A program made the translations under genes and the position numbers. From Oscillospiraceae bacterium (GTDB lineage: Bacteria > Bacillota > Clostridia > Oscillospirales > Ruminococcaceae): a stretch of 64,000 bases of DNA. The notes beneath the pieces were generated by a model. It was not told where the DNA came from and ran no database searches. It saw only the letters and a list, made by a program, of their open reading frames with translations. The first letter of the stretch is position 1. Each line of letters starts with the position of its first letter. Location of the stretch: contig JBJESJ010000149.1 of assembly GCA_051882725.1 (NCBI GenBank), positions 142 to 64,141 of the forward strand, read 5' to 3'. This document shows positions 37,864-46,701 of the stretch, in pieces.

Positions 37864-38415
37864 TCATTCCTCTTCGTTAAAAGGTATCCTGAATACGGTA
37901 ACGGCTACCTTTCCGTAGTTATAGGTCTTTGACTTTTTGAGCCTTCCCACTTCCTCGGGAAGTTCAAGACCTCTTTCGTGCTCGCATACGACGATGCCCC
38001 GCTGTGACATTTTCGGCTCCAGAAGAGGGAGTGCCTGTTCGATAAGCCCGTTGTTGTAGGGCGGGTCAAGAAGTGCGATGTCAAAGGTATATCTTGCCAT
38101 GCGGAGGAAATCCAGACTGTCGCCGTTCACGACGTTGGATTCCCAGCGGAAGCCTGCAAGGTCGATGTTTTCGTTAGTAAGTGCCGCAGATTCTTTGCTT
38201 TTGTCAACGAATCGGCAGAACTTTGCTCCTCTGGAAAGAGCTTCTATACCGAGCTGACCGGTTCCCGAGAACAGGTCCAGCACCTCAGAGCCTTCTATAT
38301 CAAACTGAATAATGGAAAAGATAGCCTCCTTGACCATATCGGTGGTAGGACGGATATCCCGACCTTCGAAGTCCTTGAGCTTTCTTCCCCTTGCTTTTCC
38401 TGTGATAACTCTCAT
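37864..38415 (-). CDS. rsmD: 16S rRNA (guanine966-N2)-methyltransferase RsmD
   Basis: MRVITGKARGRKL, VLDLFSGTGQLGIEALSRGA, LDPPY. Confidence 0.9.
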   Translation of the reverse strand: MRVITGKARGRKLKDFEGRDIRPTTDMVKEAIFSIIQFDIEGSEVLDLFSGTGQLGIEALSRGAKFCRFVDKSKESAALTNENIDLAGFRWESNVVNGDSLDFLRMARYTFDIALLDPPYNNGLIEQALPLLEPKMSQRGIVVCEHERGLELPEEVGRLKKSKTYNYGKVAVTVFRIPFNEEE

Positions 38416-38642
38416 GCTGTAATATCTCCAATATATTTTCGGTTACTTAATTCTTACAGTAATTACAATTCGATTACATACTACTTTATATTATAACCGA
38501 TTTATTCTCTTTTGTCTATATGGTAACACAAATTTAACAATTTTATTTAAATAAATTCAACTTTAAAAACATACTGCTTTTTGTGCAATTGGTACACTTT
38601 GTTATGGAAATGTTGTGCAAATATGAAATTTATAAAAATCTA

Positions 38643-38671
38643 TTGTTTTTTTTGAATAAGTGTGATATAAT
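38643..38671 (+). promoter_or_regulatory. Candidate promoter for the small acidic protein gene
   Basis: TTGTTT, 17 nt, TGaTATAAT (TATAAT at 38666-38671). Confidence 0.45.
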
Positions 38672-38753
38672 AATAGAAACATCAGATAATCGGCGTGCGT
38701 AGCGACTTTATGCACGCGCATATATTATTTTCAGAAAAAAGGAGCGTATTATT

Positions 38754-39077
38754 ATGAAGGCATTAGGTGTTGTATTTACCGCTTTGATCTCTGCTGCTGC
38801 AGGCGCTGCTGCGGCTCTTTATACCGTCAAGAAGCGCGAAGAGCTTGAGCAGTACGATTACGATTTCGACGATGAGGACGAGATCTATTTTGACGATGAC
38901 GACGAGTGCTGCTGTTCTTCCTGCTGCGACAAGCCTGAGGATAAGGAAGAAGAGCCCGAGGAAGAGGCTGCGGCTGTTGAGGAAGCAGCTGAAGAGCAGA
39001 CCTATGAGGACCTCGCAGAGGATATCGAAGACCTTGAAAAGCTGGACGGCGTTGACGAGGAACCCACAGAGGAATAA
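38754..39077 (+). CDS. Small membrane-anchored, extremely acidic protein with a Cys cluster
   Basis: RBS AAAAGGAG; N-terminal TM ALGVVFTALISAAAGAAAALY, then D/E-rich sequence with ECCCSSCCD. Confidence 0.6.
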   Translation: MKALGVVFTALISAAAGAAAALYTVKKREELEQYDYDFDDEDEIYFDDDDECCCSSCCDKPEDKEEEPEEEAAAVEEAAEEQTYEDLAEDIEDLEKLDGVDEEPTEE

Positions 39078-39095
39078 TTTTTTTACAGAAACAGT

Positions 39096-39127
39096 CCCCG
39101 ATACGATGATTATCGGGGATTTTTTTG
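39096..39127 (+). terminator. Rho-independent terminator
   Basis: CCCCGATA (39096-39103) pairs with TATCGGGG (39111-39118), then ATTTTTTT. Confidence 0.85.
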
Positions 39128-39252
39128 AAATTTAAAATGAGAACGATTTGTTAAATTTCCGATAATTTTTTATATTTATGAAAAATTTTCCTGTTCAGGA
39201 TTGTTTTATATACAGAAACGTTTCAAAGATACAGAACAGGAGGAAACACAAA

Positions 39253-40368
39253 ATGAAAAAACTTTACGGACAGCTGCTGTCGGGAGCATTGGCGGCAGCA
39301 ATGGTGTTCGGGGCTGTTCCCGGAACGGAAATAGCTGCTGCAAATATCATCTCCGTTGAGGAAGCAAACGCTGCCTATAGGGAGCTTAACGGGCTAAAAG
39401 CGGAATATCGGCTCTTTGTAAACAAAGAGTATAATTTTTATGAAAATCGGTGGGAATATGACAGCTTTATACTGCCTGTATATGTTTCCGATAGCCTCGT
39501 GTATAACGAAATAGACGCTGTAACAGGCGGATATACGTCATTTTATGAGGATATGGACAGATACGGAGCCTATGCGGATGTTGTCCTTGACACGGGCTGC
39601 GAAGGGGAGGACGCCGTTCTCGGACGAGCTGCGGAAGATGTCCCCGAAAGCATGAGAAAGGGACTTATCAGCCGCAGCAGCGCTCTTCGGAGGATAAAAA
39701 GCGACAGGTACATCACCCTTGACGGCGAGCCTGTTTTTCTCTCGGAGGATACATTCAGCCGCGTAAATGATTCGGGCGAAAGAGAATATATGATCTCCGT
39801 GAGCTTTGAGGATACTTCCTCCGAGGACGGCTATCGGCTCGATGTGGAAATGGACGCTTATACGGGCAATATCCTGCGGTTTGAAAAAACACGCTCCGAG
39901 GAGCATTATGAGGGGAAAAGCACCGATGTAAAGGCTGTCCGCAGCATTGCGGAAGGTGCTCTGGAATATTATCTCGGCGAAAGGGCGGAGGAATATCATT
40001 TGTCGGAATACGACTCAAAGGTGATAGGCGCGGGCGGTAATATGACCTTTACCTTTTACCGCAGCGTGAACGGTCTTGATGCGGATTTCGACAGCGCAGA
40101 GGTTACTGTGGACTTTAACGGCGAGGTCACGGGCTTTGACTATACTTACCATGACATGGATTTCCCCGAGCCCGAGCTTATCACCGAGGACGAGGCTTAT
40201 GACATGCTCTTTGAGCAGATGTCACCCGAGCTTGTATACATGAGCTTTGAGGATATGCGGCAGGTCACTCATGTATATCCTGTGTACGTTTACGACAGCA
40301 GGTTTATCATCAATGCGCTGACAGGCGAGGCGGCAGATGAAAACGGCAGACCTTATCATCAGGCATAG
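39253..40368 (+). CDS. Secreted protein with PepSY/YcdB-like repeats (paralogue of the next gene)
   Basis: ATG 39253 after CAGGAGGAAA; signal peptide LSGALAAAMVFGAVPGTEIAAA; C-terminal VDFNGEVTGFDYTYHDMDFPEPELITEDEAYDMLFEQM. Domain naming is tentative. Confidence 0.6.
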   Translation: MKKLYGQLLSGALAAAMVFGAVPGTEIAAANIISVEEANAAYRELNGLKAEYRLFVNKEYNFYENRWEYDSFILPVYVSDSLVYNEIDAVTGGYTSFYEDMDRYGAYADVVLDTGCEGEDAVLGRAAEDVPESMRKGLISRSSALRRIKSDRYITLDGEPVFLSEDTFSRVNDSGEREYMISVSFEDTSSEDGYRLDVEMDAYTGNILRFEKTRSEEHYEGKSTDVKAVRSIAEGALEYYLGERAEEYHLSEYDSKVIGAGGNMTFTFYRSVNGLDADFDSAEVTVDFNGEVTGFDYTYHDMDFPEPELITEDEAYDMLFEQMSPELVYMSFEDMRQVTHVYPVYVYDSRFIINALTGEAADENGRPYHQA

Positions 40369-40414
40369 TATATTTCAGAGGTTCAATTATGGGCGGAAAA
40401 TCGGAGGTCATCAT

Positions 40415-42685
40415 ATGAAAAAAATACAAAAACAGATAATTTCGGTGGTAATGGCGGCGGCAATGATATTTTCCGCAGTGCCCGCAGGAGAAGGTATCGG
40501 GATAGCTGCAGCGGCTGCGGAAAGCGGGTCCACGGCGGGAGCTGAAGCGCTGAAAAAAGCTATCATCGACGTCAAAAAGAGGATAGATATCCCCGCGGAG
40601 CTTGATGATTTTGCTTATGAGATAGAAACCAGATATGAAACGGATTATTTTCTTCTCCAGTGGTATCATGTGGACGAGAACGGCGGTATCACAAGATATA
40701 TCAATGATGAATGTATTGATAATGTGACAAAGGCAATAACCGTGGAGTATTATGACGGACTTATCACATTTTATAATAATTTCGACAGTGATTTTTCCGC
40801 TTCCGTTAAGCCGGGCTTTGCCAAGCTGTCCGTCGATGAGCAGCAGAAAAGGGCGGAGGAAAACTTTAAAAGGCTGAATCCCGATTTAAAAGGAACGGCT
40901 GTGTTTGAACGGAAAGCAAACGACAACGGGCTGTCGTCGGCGACGGTGTCCTATACGATAAAGCGCACCGAAAACGGGATAGATGTGGATAACAACGAGG
41001 GAAGCATGAGCATAGACCGCGATACGGGCGAGGTCCTCAATATGTATCTGACATGGTATGCCGACGGCGGGGAGTTTGCGGACGCTTCCAGAAAAATATC
41101 CGTCGATGAGGCGAACGCTCTCTATAAACAACGCAAGGGGTTGTATGCTTCATACAAATATTTTGAAAACTCTGAGTATAATCCCGAAACGGAACAGTGG
41201 GAAACCGAAAGATTTATACTCCCGGTATATCGTCCCGTAAATGTCGGGGAAAATGAGATCGACGCAATATCGGGAAAGTATACATCCTATTACGATGATA
41301 GAGAGAAATATTCATATATCGAAAGCTATGAGTGGAACGGCTGCTATGATGAATTTGACCTTTCCGGTTCGGTATTTTCGGCGGCGGGACTTGAAGAAGT
41401 CGGCATGAAAAATGAAAAAGCTCTTACCGAAGCGGAGCTGCAGGCAATAGACAATGAAAGCAGCTTCATATCCAAGGAAAAGGCCATAGAGCTCATAAAA
41501 AAGGATAAGTATATCCTGCTGAACGATGAGCTGGTTTTCCGTTCAAAGAGCATAGGCAGCTATACCGATGAAAATGACAGGGAGCATTATGTCCTCAACA
41601 TAAGCTTTTCGTATACTCCGAACAGTGACAAGGATATTTATCTTGATGTAAAAATGGACGCGTATACGGGCGATATCATCGCCTACAACAAAAGCTATCT
41701 GAACTATTACGACGGTCAGCCCGTGGATATAAAGACTGCCGAAAAAGCTGCTGAGGCTGCAATGAAGCAATATCTGGGCGGGTTGGCGGAGCAGTATAAG
41801 CTCATTCATAAGGAATATGACAAGCAGCCTGATGAGTATGTCCATGTAGAGTTTGTCCGCGAGGTCAACGGGCTGGAAACCGATTTTGACTATGTGGATA
41901 TAAAGGTGGACTTTAACGGCGAGGTGACAGGCTTCAATTACAGCTATCACGATATGGACTTCCCCGAGCCTGAGCTGGTATCGGAGGATACTGCCTATGA
42001 AATGCTCTTTGAGAATATGGCTCCTCAGCTGAAATATACGGGCTTTACGGACAAGCAGATGAGATCTCATACCTATCTGACCTACATCTATGACAGCAGC
42101 TTTGTCCTTAACGCTCTGACGGGCGAGAGGATAAACTTCTTCAGCGGCAAAGCCTACTATACCGATGAAGCTCCCGCCGAAGAAAAGCCCATGACCTATT
42201 CCGACATAAATGGCTATAAGTACGAAAAGGAAATATCTACCCTCCTTGCATACGGCATCTGTATCAGGACCGAAAACGGAAGGCTTGCCCCCGATGAGAA
42301 TATTACTGTAGGCGAGTTCTACGATCTGACAGGTGAGCTTTTCGGTGTGAGTCTGCCGTACTTCGAGTCCGAGGAAGAGCTGAACGCATACCGCAGCAAA
42401 ACGCTTACCTATGCGGAGCTTGCCAAGCTGTACGTGCTGAACTACACAGGCTGCGGAGAAGCCGCGGAGATAAAGGGGATCTACAGATCGCCGTTCCCGG
42501 ACATTCCCGAGACTCATGCTTACTGCGGATATATCGCCATTGCAAAGGCACAGGGCATGGCAGACGGAAATGACGGCAAATTCAGCCCCAACAAGGGTAT
42601 ATCCAAGGGCAGGTGCTTGAAGCTGCTGTACGACTACATCGCACAGGACGAGGATATGAAGCTATACGAAATATACAAGATATAA
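40415..42685 (+). CDS. Larger paralogous secreted protein with C-terminal SLH-like repeats
   Basis: ATG 40415 after GGAGG; signal peptide; VDFNGEVTGFNYSYHDMDFPEPELVSEDTAYEMLFENM; C-terminal YSDINGYKYEKEISTLLAYGI... and FPDIPETHAYCGYIAIAKAQGMADG (SLH-like). Confidence 0.6.
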   Translation: MKKIQKQIISVVMAAAMIFSAVPAGEGIGIAAAAAESGSTAGAEALKKAIIDVKKRIDIPAELDDFAYEIETRYETDYFLLQWYHVDENGGITRYINDECIDNVTKAITVEYYDGLITFYNNFDSDFSASVKPGFAKLSVDEQQKRAEENFKRLNPDLKGTAVFERKANDNGLSSATVSYTIKRTENGIDVDNNEGSMSIDRDTGEVLNMYLTWYADGGEFADASRKISVDEANALYKQRKGLYASYKYFENSEYNPETEQWETERFILPVYRPVNVGENEIDAISGKYTSYYDDREKYSYIESYEWNGCYDEFDLSGSVFSAAGLEEVGMKNEKALTEAELQAIDNESSFISKEKAIELIKKDKYILLNDELVFRSKSIGSYTDENDREHYVLNISFSYTPNSDKDIYLDVKMDAYTGDIIAYNKSYLNYYDGQPVDIKTAEKAAEAAMKQYLGGLAEQYKLIHKEYDKQPDEYVHVEFVREVNGLETDFDYVDIKVDFNGEVTGFNYSYHDMDFPEPELVSEDTAYEMLFENMAPQLKYTGFTDKQMRSHTYLTYIYDSSFVLNALTGERINFFSGKAYYTDEAPAEEKPMTYSDINGYKYEKEISTLLAYGICIRTENGRLAPDENITVGEFYDLTGELFGVSLPYFESEEELNAYRSKTLTYAELAKLYVLNYTGCGEAAEIKGIYRSPFPDIPETHAYCGYIAIAKAQGMADGNDGKFSPNKGISKGRCLKLLYDYIAQDEDMKLYEIYKI

Positions 42686-42686
42686 A

Positions 42687-42799
42687 AGTTGATAGTTAAC
42701 AGTTAACAGTTATTGAGCATAATTTAATCAACTATTCAAAAAGCAGGCGGAGACCTCCAAAGTGTTCTCCGCCTGCTTTTTAACTGTTAACTGTTTTAC
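42687..42799. repeat. Heptamer arrays in inverted orientation bracketing a terminator (minimal version of the heptamer-flanked element)
   Basis: AGTTGAT AGTTAAC AGTTAAC AGTTATT (42687-42714); inverted TTTAACT GTTAACT (42779-42792). Confidence 0.7.
42738..42781. terminator. Bidirectional terminator between convergent genes
   Basis: 11-bp stem GCAGGCGGAGA (42743-42753) / TCTCCGCCTGC (42766-42776), flanked by A5 and T5. Confidence 0.85.
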
Positions 42800-42801
42800 C
42801 G

Positions 42802-43464
42802 TTATTTTTTCTTAATGATGATATTATTCATATGGAAGCTCGATTCGGAGGGCTTTCCGTTGAAGGTCACCGAGGAGTGTTTCAGCTCGTCCATGCGTTT
42901 TTTGTCGCTGATAACGCGCATGACCTCGGCGGTGTTGATAGCGTCTGCCAGCGCGCCGTGTTCCGTTCCTGCGAAGTATATCTGCATGGTGCCCAGAGCG
43001 TTAGCCAGTCCCATTGACTTGTGAAGTCCCATTTTGCGCTGATATATCATCTGCAGGTCCACCCAGTGGACGTAGAACATATCATAATCGGGGTCGTCGG
43101 GACATTTCAGGTCCGCCTCGTCCAGCATAACGTTGCGGTCGGAGTCGCTCCATGTATAAAACGTGCAGGGAGTATCGCCTATCCACTCCATAAAATGGTG
43201 CATTACCTCGTTAAAGGAGCCGCATTCTGTTACCTTTTCGTTGGTGATGCCCGTCAGCTGAGTTATTTTTTCCTCGACGACATTAAGCTCGGGCTTGATA
43301 TATTCCTGAAAAGCCGATATCTGTTCAAGGCTGTCGTTGAGCATAACTGCGCCGATCTCAATTATCTCATGGCGTGCAGTCTGTCTTGCGGACGGGTCTC
43401 TTATCGGATTGAATTCCAGATCCAGCACGATCTTATTATGACCCTTAGGCATAGTGTTTTTCAC
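42802..43464 (-). CDS. DEDDh-type 3'-5' exonuclease (DnaQ/KapD-like)
   Basis: IVLDLEFNP...EIIEIGAV (Exo I), WSDSD (Exo II-like), HGALADAINTA (Exo III, H-x4-D). Confidence 0.8.
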   Translation of the reverse strand: MKNTMPKGHNKIVLDLEFNPIRDPSARQTARHEIIEIGAVMLNDSLEQISAFQEYIKPELNVVEEKITQLTGITNEKVTECGSFNEVMHHFMEWIGDTPCTFYTWSDSDRNVMLDEADLKCPDDPDYDMFYVHWVDLQMIYQRKMGLHKSMGLANALGTMQIYFAGTEHGALADAINTAEVMRVISDKKRMDELKHSSVTFNGKPSESSFHMNNIIIKKK

Positions 43465-44238
43465 GCTCCTTTCCTTTGAGAATTAGTGAATAGTGATCGG
43501 TCAGCAAAGTGGACAAGCCGCCTGTCTACTTTGATGATTAGATAAGCCTCGGTTATTTTATTCGCTCATAGGTTGACCCTGATCCAAATTGGGGTTCCGG
43601 CGGAGCCTTCGGCTCCGTGCATTTGAGACGCTTCGCTGTCAAATGCTGCGCCGCCCGGATTTTGCTTACTTTTCGTTATTGTTTGCGGTTTGTTTGCTTC
43701 CGTCCGCAGTTTTTACACGTGCGGCGCTTATAGCTGTTCGCTCATTCGGCTGTCGGTCACTTTCGCGGGTAGATGTCGCTTGTGCTTGATACCCCATTCG
43801 CGGCAATGCCAGCGGGGGCTCCCCGCCCGGTGGGGGTGTTTCGCCGCGTGCGCGCGGCGACCAAAGGGCGCTGCCCTTTGGAAACTCGCAGCCTTGAAAG
43901 GCTGGCGAACTTTTTGATCCGGACTTACTGCTTGTTCGCTGTTACTCTCAGCCTCGAACCTGCCTTCGTTGTTTTGTTACTTCCGCGGGCAGATGTCACC
44001 TAAGCTGATATCTAACAACGCGGCATTAGCTGCGGGTCATCCCGCCCAAAGGACTCCGCCCTTTGGAAACCTGCAGCCTTGAAAGGCTGGCGAACTTTTT
44101 GATTCGGACTTACTGCTTATTCGCTGTTACTCTAAGCCTCGTATCTTCTTTATTTCGGGACTTACTTACTTCTGCGGCTTTATGTCACCTAAGCTTAAAA
44201 CTTACAACGCGGCAATCGCCCGCCGGGGCGTCCCCGGC
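43465..44238 (-). repeat. Largest copy of the mosaic intergenic repeat family; three tandem module-1/module-2 units plus module 3
   Basis: See findings. GCCGGGGcgtCCCCGGC lies at 44222-44238, abutting the pheT stop. CCAAAGGGC...GCCCTTTGG cores lie at 43861-43881 and 44046-44066. 43596-43930 is the reverse complement of 58330-58620. Confidence 0.85.
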
Positions 44239-46647
44239 TTAGCTTCTTATCTCGGCACCGAGCTCTGACAGCTTCTTCAGCACCTTCTTCATTGCACTGT
44301 CCGCCTGCTCGTCGGTCAGTGTGCCGTCGTGACTTCTCATCACTATCGAATATGCTACCGATTTCTTGCCTTCAGCGATCTGCTTGCCCTTGTATACGTC
44401 AAACAGCTTCACCGATTCAAGGATGTTTCCTACCGCACTCTTTATTGCCTTCTCAATGTGAGCCGCAGGAACGCTCTCGTCTACTACAACGGCAAGGTCT
44501 CTTGTTGCTGCGGGGAACTTCGGCAGGGGCTTGTAGGTCTTGAAGCTTATCGACTCGGACATCATCTCGGGAACGTTCAGCTTCGCAGCATATACTTTGG
44601 CATTGATGCCGTAGTTCTCCGCGGTCTTCGGGTGAAGCTCGCCGAATATGCCAAGGGGCTTGCCGTTCTTTGTCACAACAGCGCATCTTCCGGGGTGGAA
44701 TGCGTGGGATTCGCCGAAGATGCTGTCGTCGGTGCAGGGCTCGTAGTCAACATCGTCTATGCCGAGCACCTCGAAAAGCTCTTCGATATCGCCCTTTAAT
44801 GCGTAGAAATCATAGTCAGCGCCGTAGCAGCCGAATACTATGCGCTCCGGCTCCTCGGGGAGCTCCTTGCCGCAGGGGAGATATTCTCTTGCAGCTTCAA
44901 AAAGCTTAGCGGATTCGTTTCTGTTGTTGTAGTTGGTGGCAAGCACCTGCAGCATGGAGGGCAGAAGAGTCGTCCTCATAACAGAGGTATCCTCGCCCAG
45001 AGGATTTGTTATAGTAACGGTGTTTCTCAGAGGACTGCTCTCGGGAAGACGTATCTTGTCGAAATTCTTCGGGGAGATGAACGAGTAGGTCACTATCTCG
45101 TCAAAGCCCAGCGAAGCCGATGCGTTTAAGAGCTTAGTCCTGAATTTCTGCTCGGGAGCGACGCTTGCCTGTGCAACGCCTCTGATAACGGTCTTTTCGA
45201 TGTTGTTGTAGCCGTAAAGACGAGCTATCTCCTCAGCGATGTCAGCCTTGCATTCGATGTCGATGCGGTACGCGGGAGCATATGCTCTGCCGTCCTTAAC
45301 GGTGAAGTCCAGCTTGTTAAGATAGCTTATCATTTCCTCCTCGGAAAGGTTCGTGCCGAGGAAATTATTTATCCATACGGGGTCAAAGGGAGCGGACTTC
45401 TGCGTGTCTGCGCCGTTTGATACGTCGATAGTCGTTCTTACGACCTCTCCGCAGCCGAGCAGCTCAACAAGCTCGAAGGCTCTGTTCAGCGCAGGCTCGC
45501 ACATTCTCGGGTCAAGACCCTTTTCAAAGCGGGAAGAAGCGTCAGTTCTCATGCCGAGAGCCTTTGCTGTGGTGCGGACGCTTGCTCCGTCGAAGCAGGC
45601 AGCCTCGAAAACAACGTCCACGGTGTCGTCCATGATACCGCTGTACTCGCCGCCCATAACGCCTGCAACGGCAACGGGCTTCGTGCTGTCCGCGATCACG
45701 AGCATATTGTCGGTGAGAGTTCTCTCAACGCCGTCAAGAGTGGTTATCTTCTCGCCGTTTTTCGCACTTCTGATGTCGATGGAATTGCCCTCGATGAATC
45801 TGATATCGAAAGCATGCATGGGGTGACCGTATTCCAGCATAACATAGTTTGTGATATCGACAAAATTGTTGATGGGACGCACTCCGCTGGCACGAAGTCT
45901 TTCCCTCATCCAGCGGGGAGAGGGACCTATCTTTACGTTCTTAACAACGCCTGCGCAGTATCTGGAGCACAGGTCGGTGTTTGATATCTTAACGGAAAGC
46001 ATGGAGCCGATATCTCCGTCAACGCCCTTGAATTCGGGCTTCTTGTAGTTCATGGGAAGGTCGAAGGTAGCCGCAGTCTCCTTTGCAAGACCGAGAACGG
46101 ACATGCAGTCGGGACGGTTGGAGGTTATCTCGAACTCAACTGTGGTATCGTTCAGACCGATAGCTTCCCTGATGTCCATGCCGAGCTTTAATTCGGGGCA
46201 GCCCTCCTCCTGCTCGATGAGGAAGATGCCGTCTGCGATGGCATAGGGGAAATCGTGAGTGGTGAGACCCAGCTCGCCGAGAGAGCAGAGCATGCCGTTG
46301 GATTCAACGCCGCGGAGCTTGCCCTTTTTTATCTTCACGCCGCCGGGGAGAGTGGAGCCGTCCAGTGCAACGGGGATGATATCTCCCGCCTTGACGTTCT
46401 TTGCGCCTGTAACTATCTGAATGGGAGCCTCTGCGCCCACGTCAACGGAGCAGATAACAAGGTGGTCGGAATTTTCGTGAGGAACAACGCTTAAAAGCTT
46501 TCCCACAACTACCTTAGATATCTCGCTGCCTTCGGTGTCGTATCTTTCGACCTTGGAGCCGCTTAAGGTAAGACCCGAACAATAATCCTTTATGGTCATG
46601 TCTCCGATATCGACATAATCGGAGAGCCATTTCATTGATAAATCCAT
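44239..46647 (-). CDS. pheT: Phenylalanine--tRNA ligase beta subunit
   Basis: MDLSMKWLSDYVDI start at 46647, 9 nt after AGGAGG. The ORF-track start 46689 is upstream of the RBS. About 800 aa with B3/4, B5 and FDX-ACB regions. Confidence 0.92.
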   Translation of the reverse strand: MDLSMKWLSDYVDIGDMTIKDYCSGLTLSGSKVERYDTEGSEISKVVVGKLLSVVPHENSDHLVICSVDVGAEAPIQIVTGAKNVKAGDIIPVALDGSTLPGGVKIKKGKLRGVESNGMLCSLGELGLTTHDFPYAIADGIFLIEQEEGCPELKLGMDIREAIGLNDTTVEFEITSNRPDCMSVLGLAKETAATFDLPMNYKKPEFKGVDGDIGSMLSVKISNTDLCSRYCAGVVKNVKIGPSPRWMRERLRASGVRPINNFVDITNYVMLEYGHPMHAFDIRFIEGNSIDIRSAKNGEKITTLDGVERTLTDNMLVIADSTKPVAVAGVMGGEYSGIMDDTVDVVFEAACFDGASVRTTAKALGMRTDASSRFEKGLDPRMCEPALNRAFELVELLGCGEVVRTTIDVSNGADTQKSAPFDPVWINNFLGTNLSEEEMISYLNKLDFTVKDGRAYAPAYRIDIECKADIAEEIARLYGYNNIEKTVIRGVAQASVAPEQKFRTKLLNASASLGFDEIVTYSFISPKNFDKIRLPESSPLRNTVTITNPLGEDTSVMRTTLLPSMLQVLATNYNNRNESAKLFEAAREYLPCGKELPEEPERIVFGCYGADYDFYALKGDIEELFEVLGIDDVDYEPCTDDSIFGESHAFHPGRCAVVTKNGKPLGIFGELHPKTAENYGINAKVYAAKLNVPEMMSESISFKTYKPLPKFPAATRDLAVVVDESVPAAHIEKAIKSAVGNILESVKLFDVYKGKQIAEGKKSVAYSIVMRSHDGTLTDEQADSAMKKVLKKLSELGAEIRS

Positions 46648-46701
46648 TTTACTTATCCTCCTGTTTGGTTTCTCGGATAACATTTTCATGTTCCGTTCCC
46701 A

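Noticed and set aside
43589-44003. ORFs inside the repeat elements (43589..43789, 43690..43917, 43773..44003; also 58320..58532 and 36294..36766), two of which share ATKGRxPLETxSLERLANFLIR
   Set aside because: The shared peptide simply reflects the conserved DNA repeat read in one frame. There is no RBS, the frames differ between copies, indels break the frames, and the hairpin structure argues for DNA or RNA-level function.
43740-44238. Tandem units downstream of pheT as a possible CRISPR array
   Set aside because: The units are about 190-220 bp and imperfect, there is no alternation of short direct repeats and unique spacers, and no cas genes are present.
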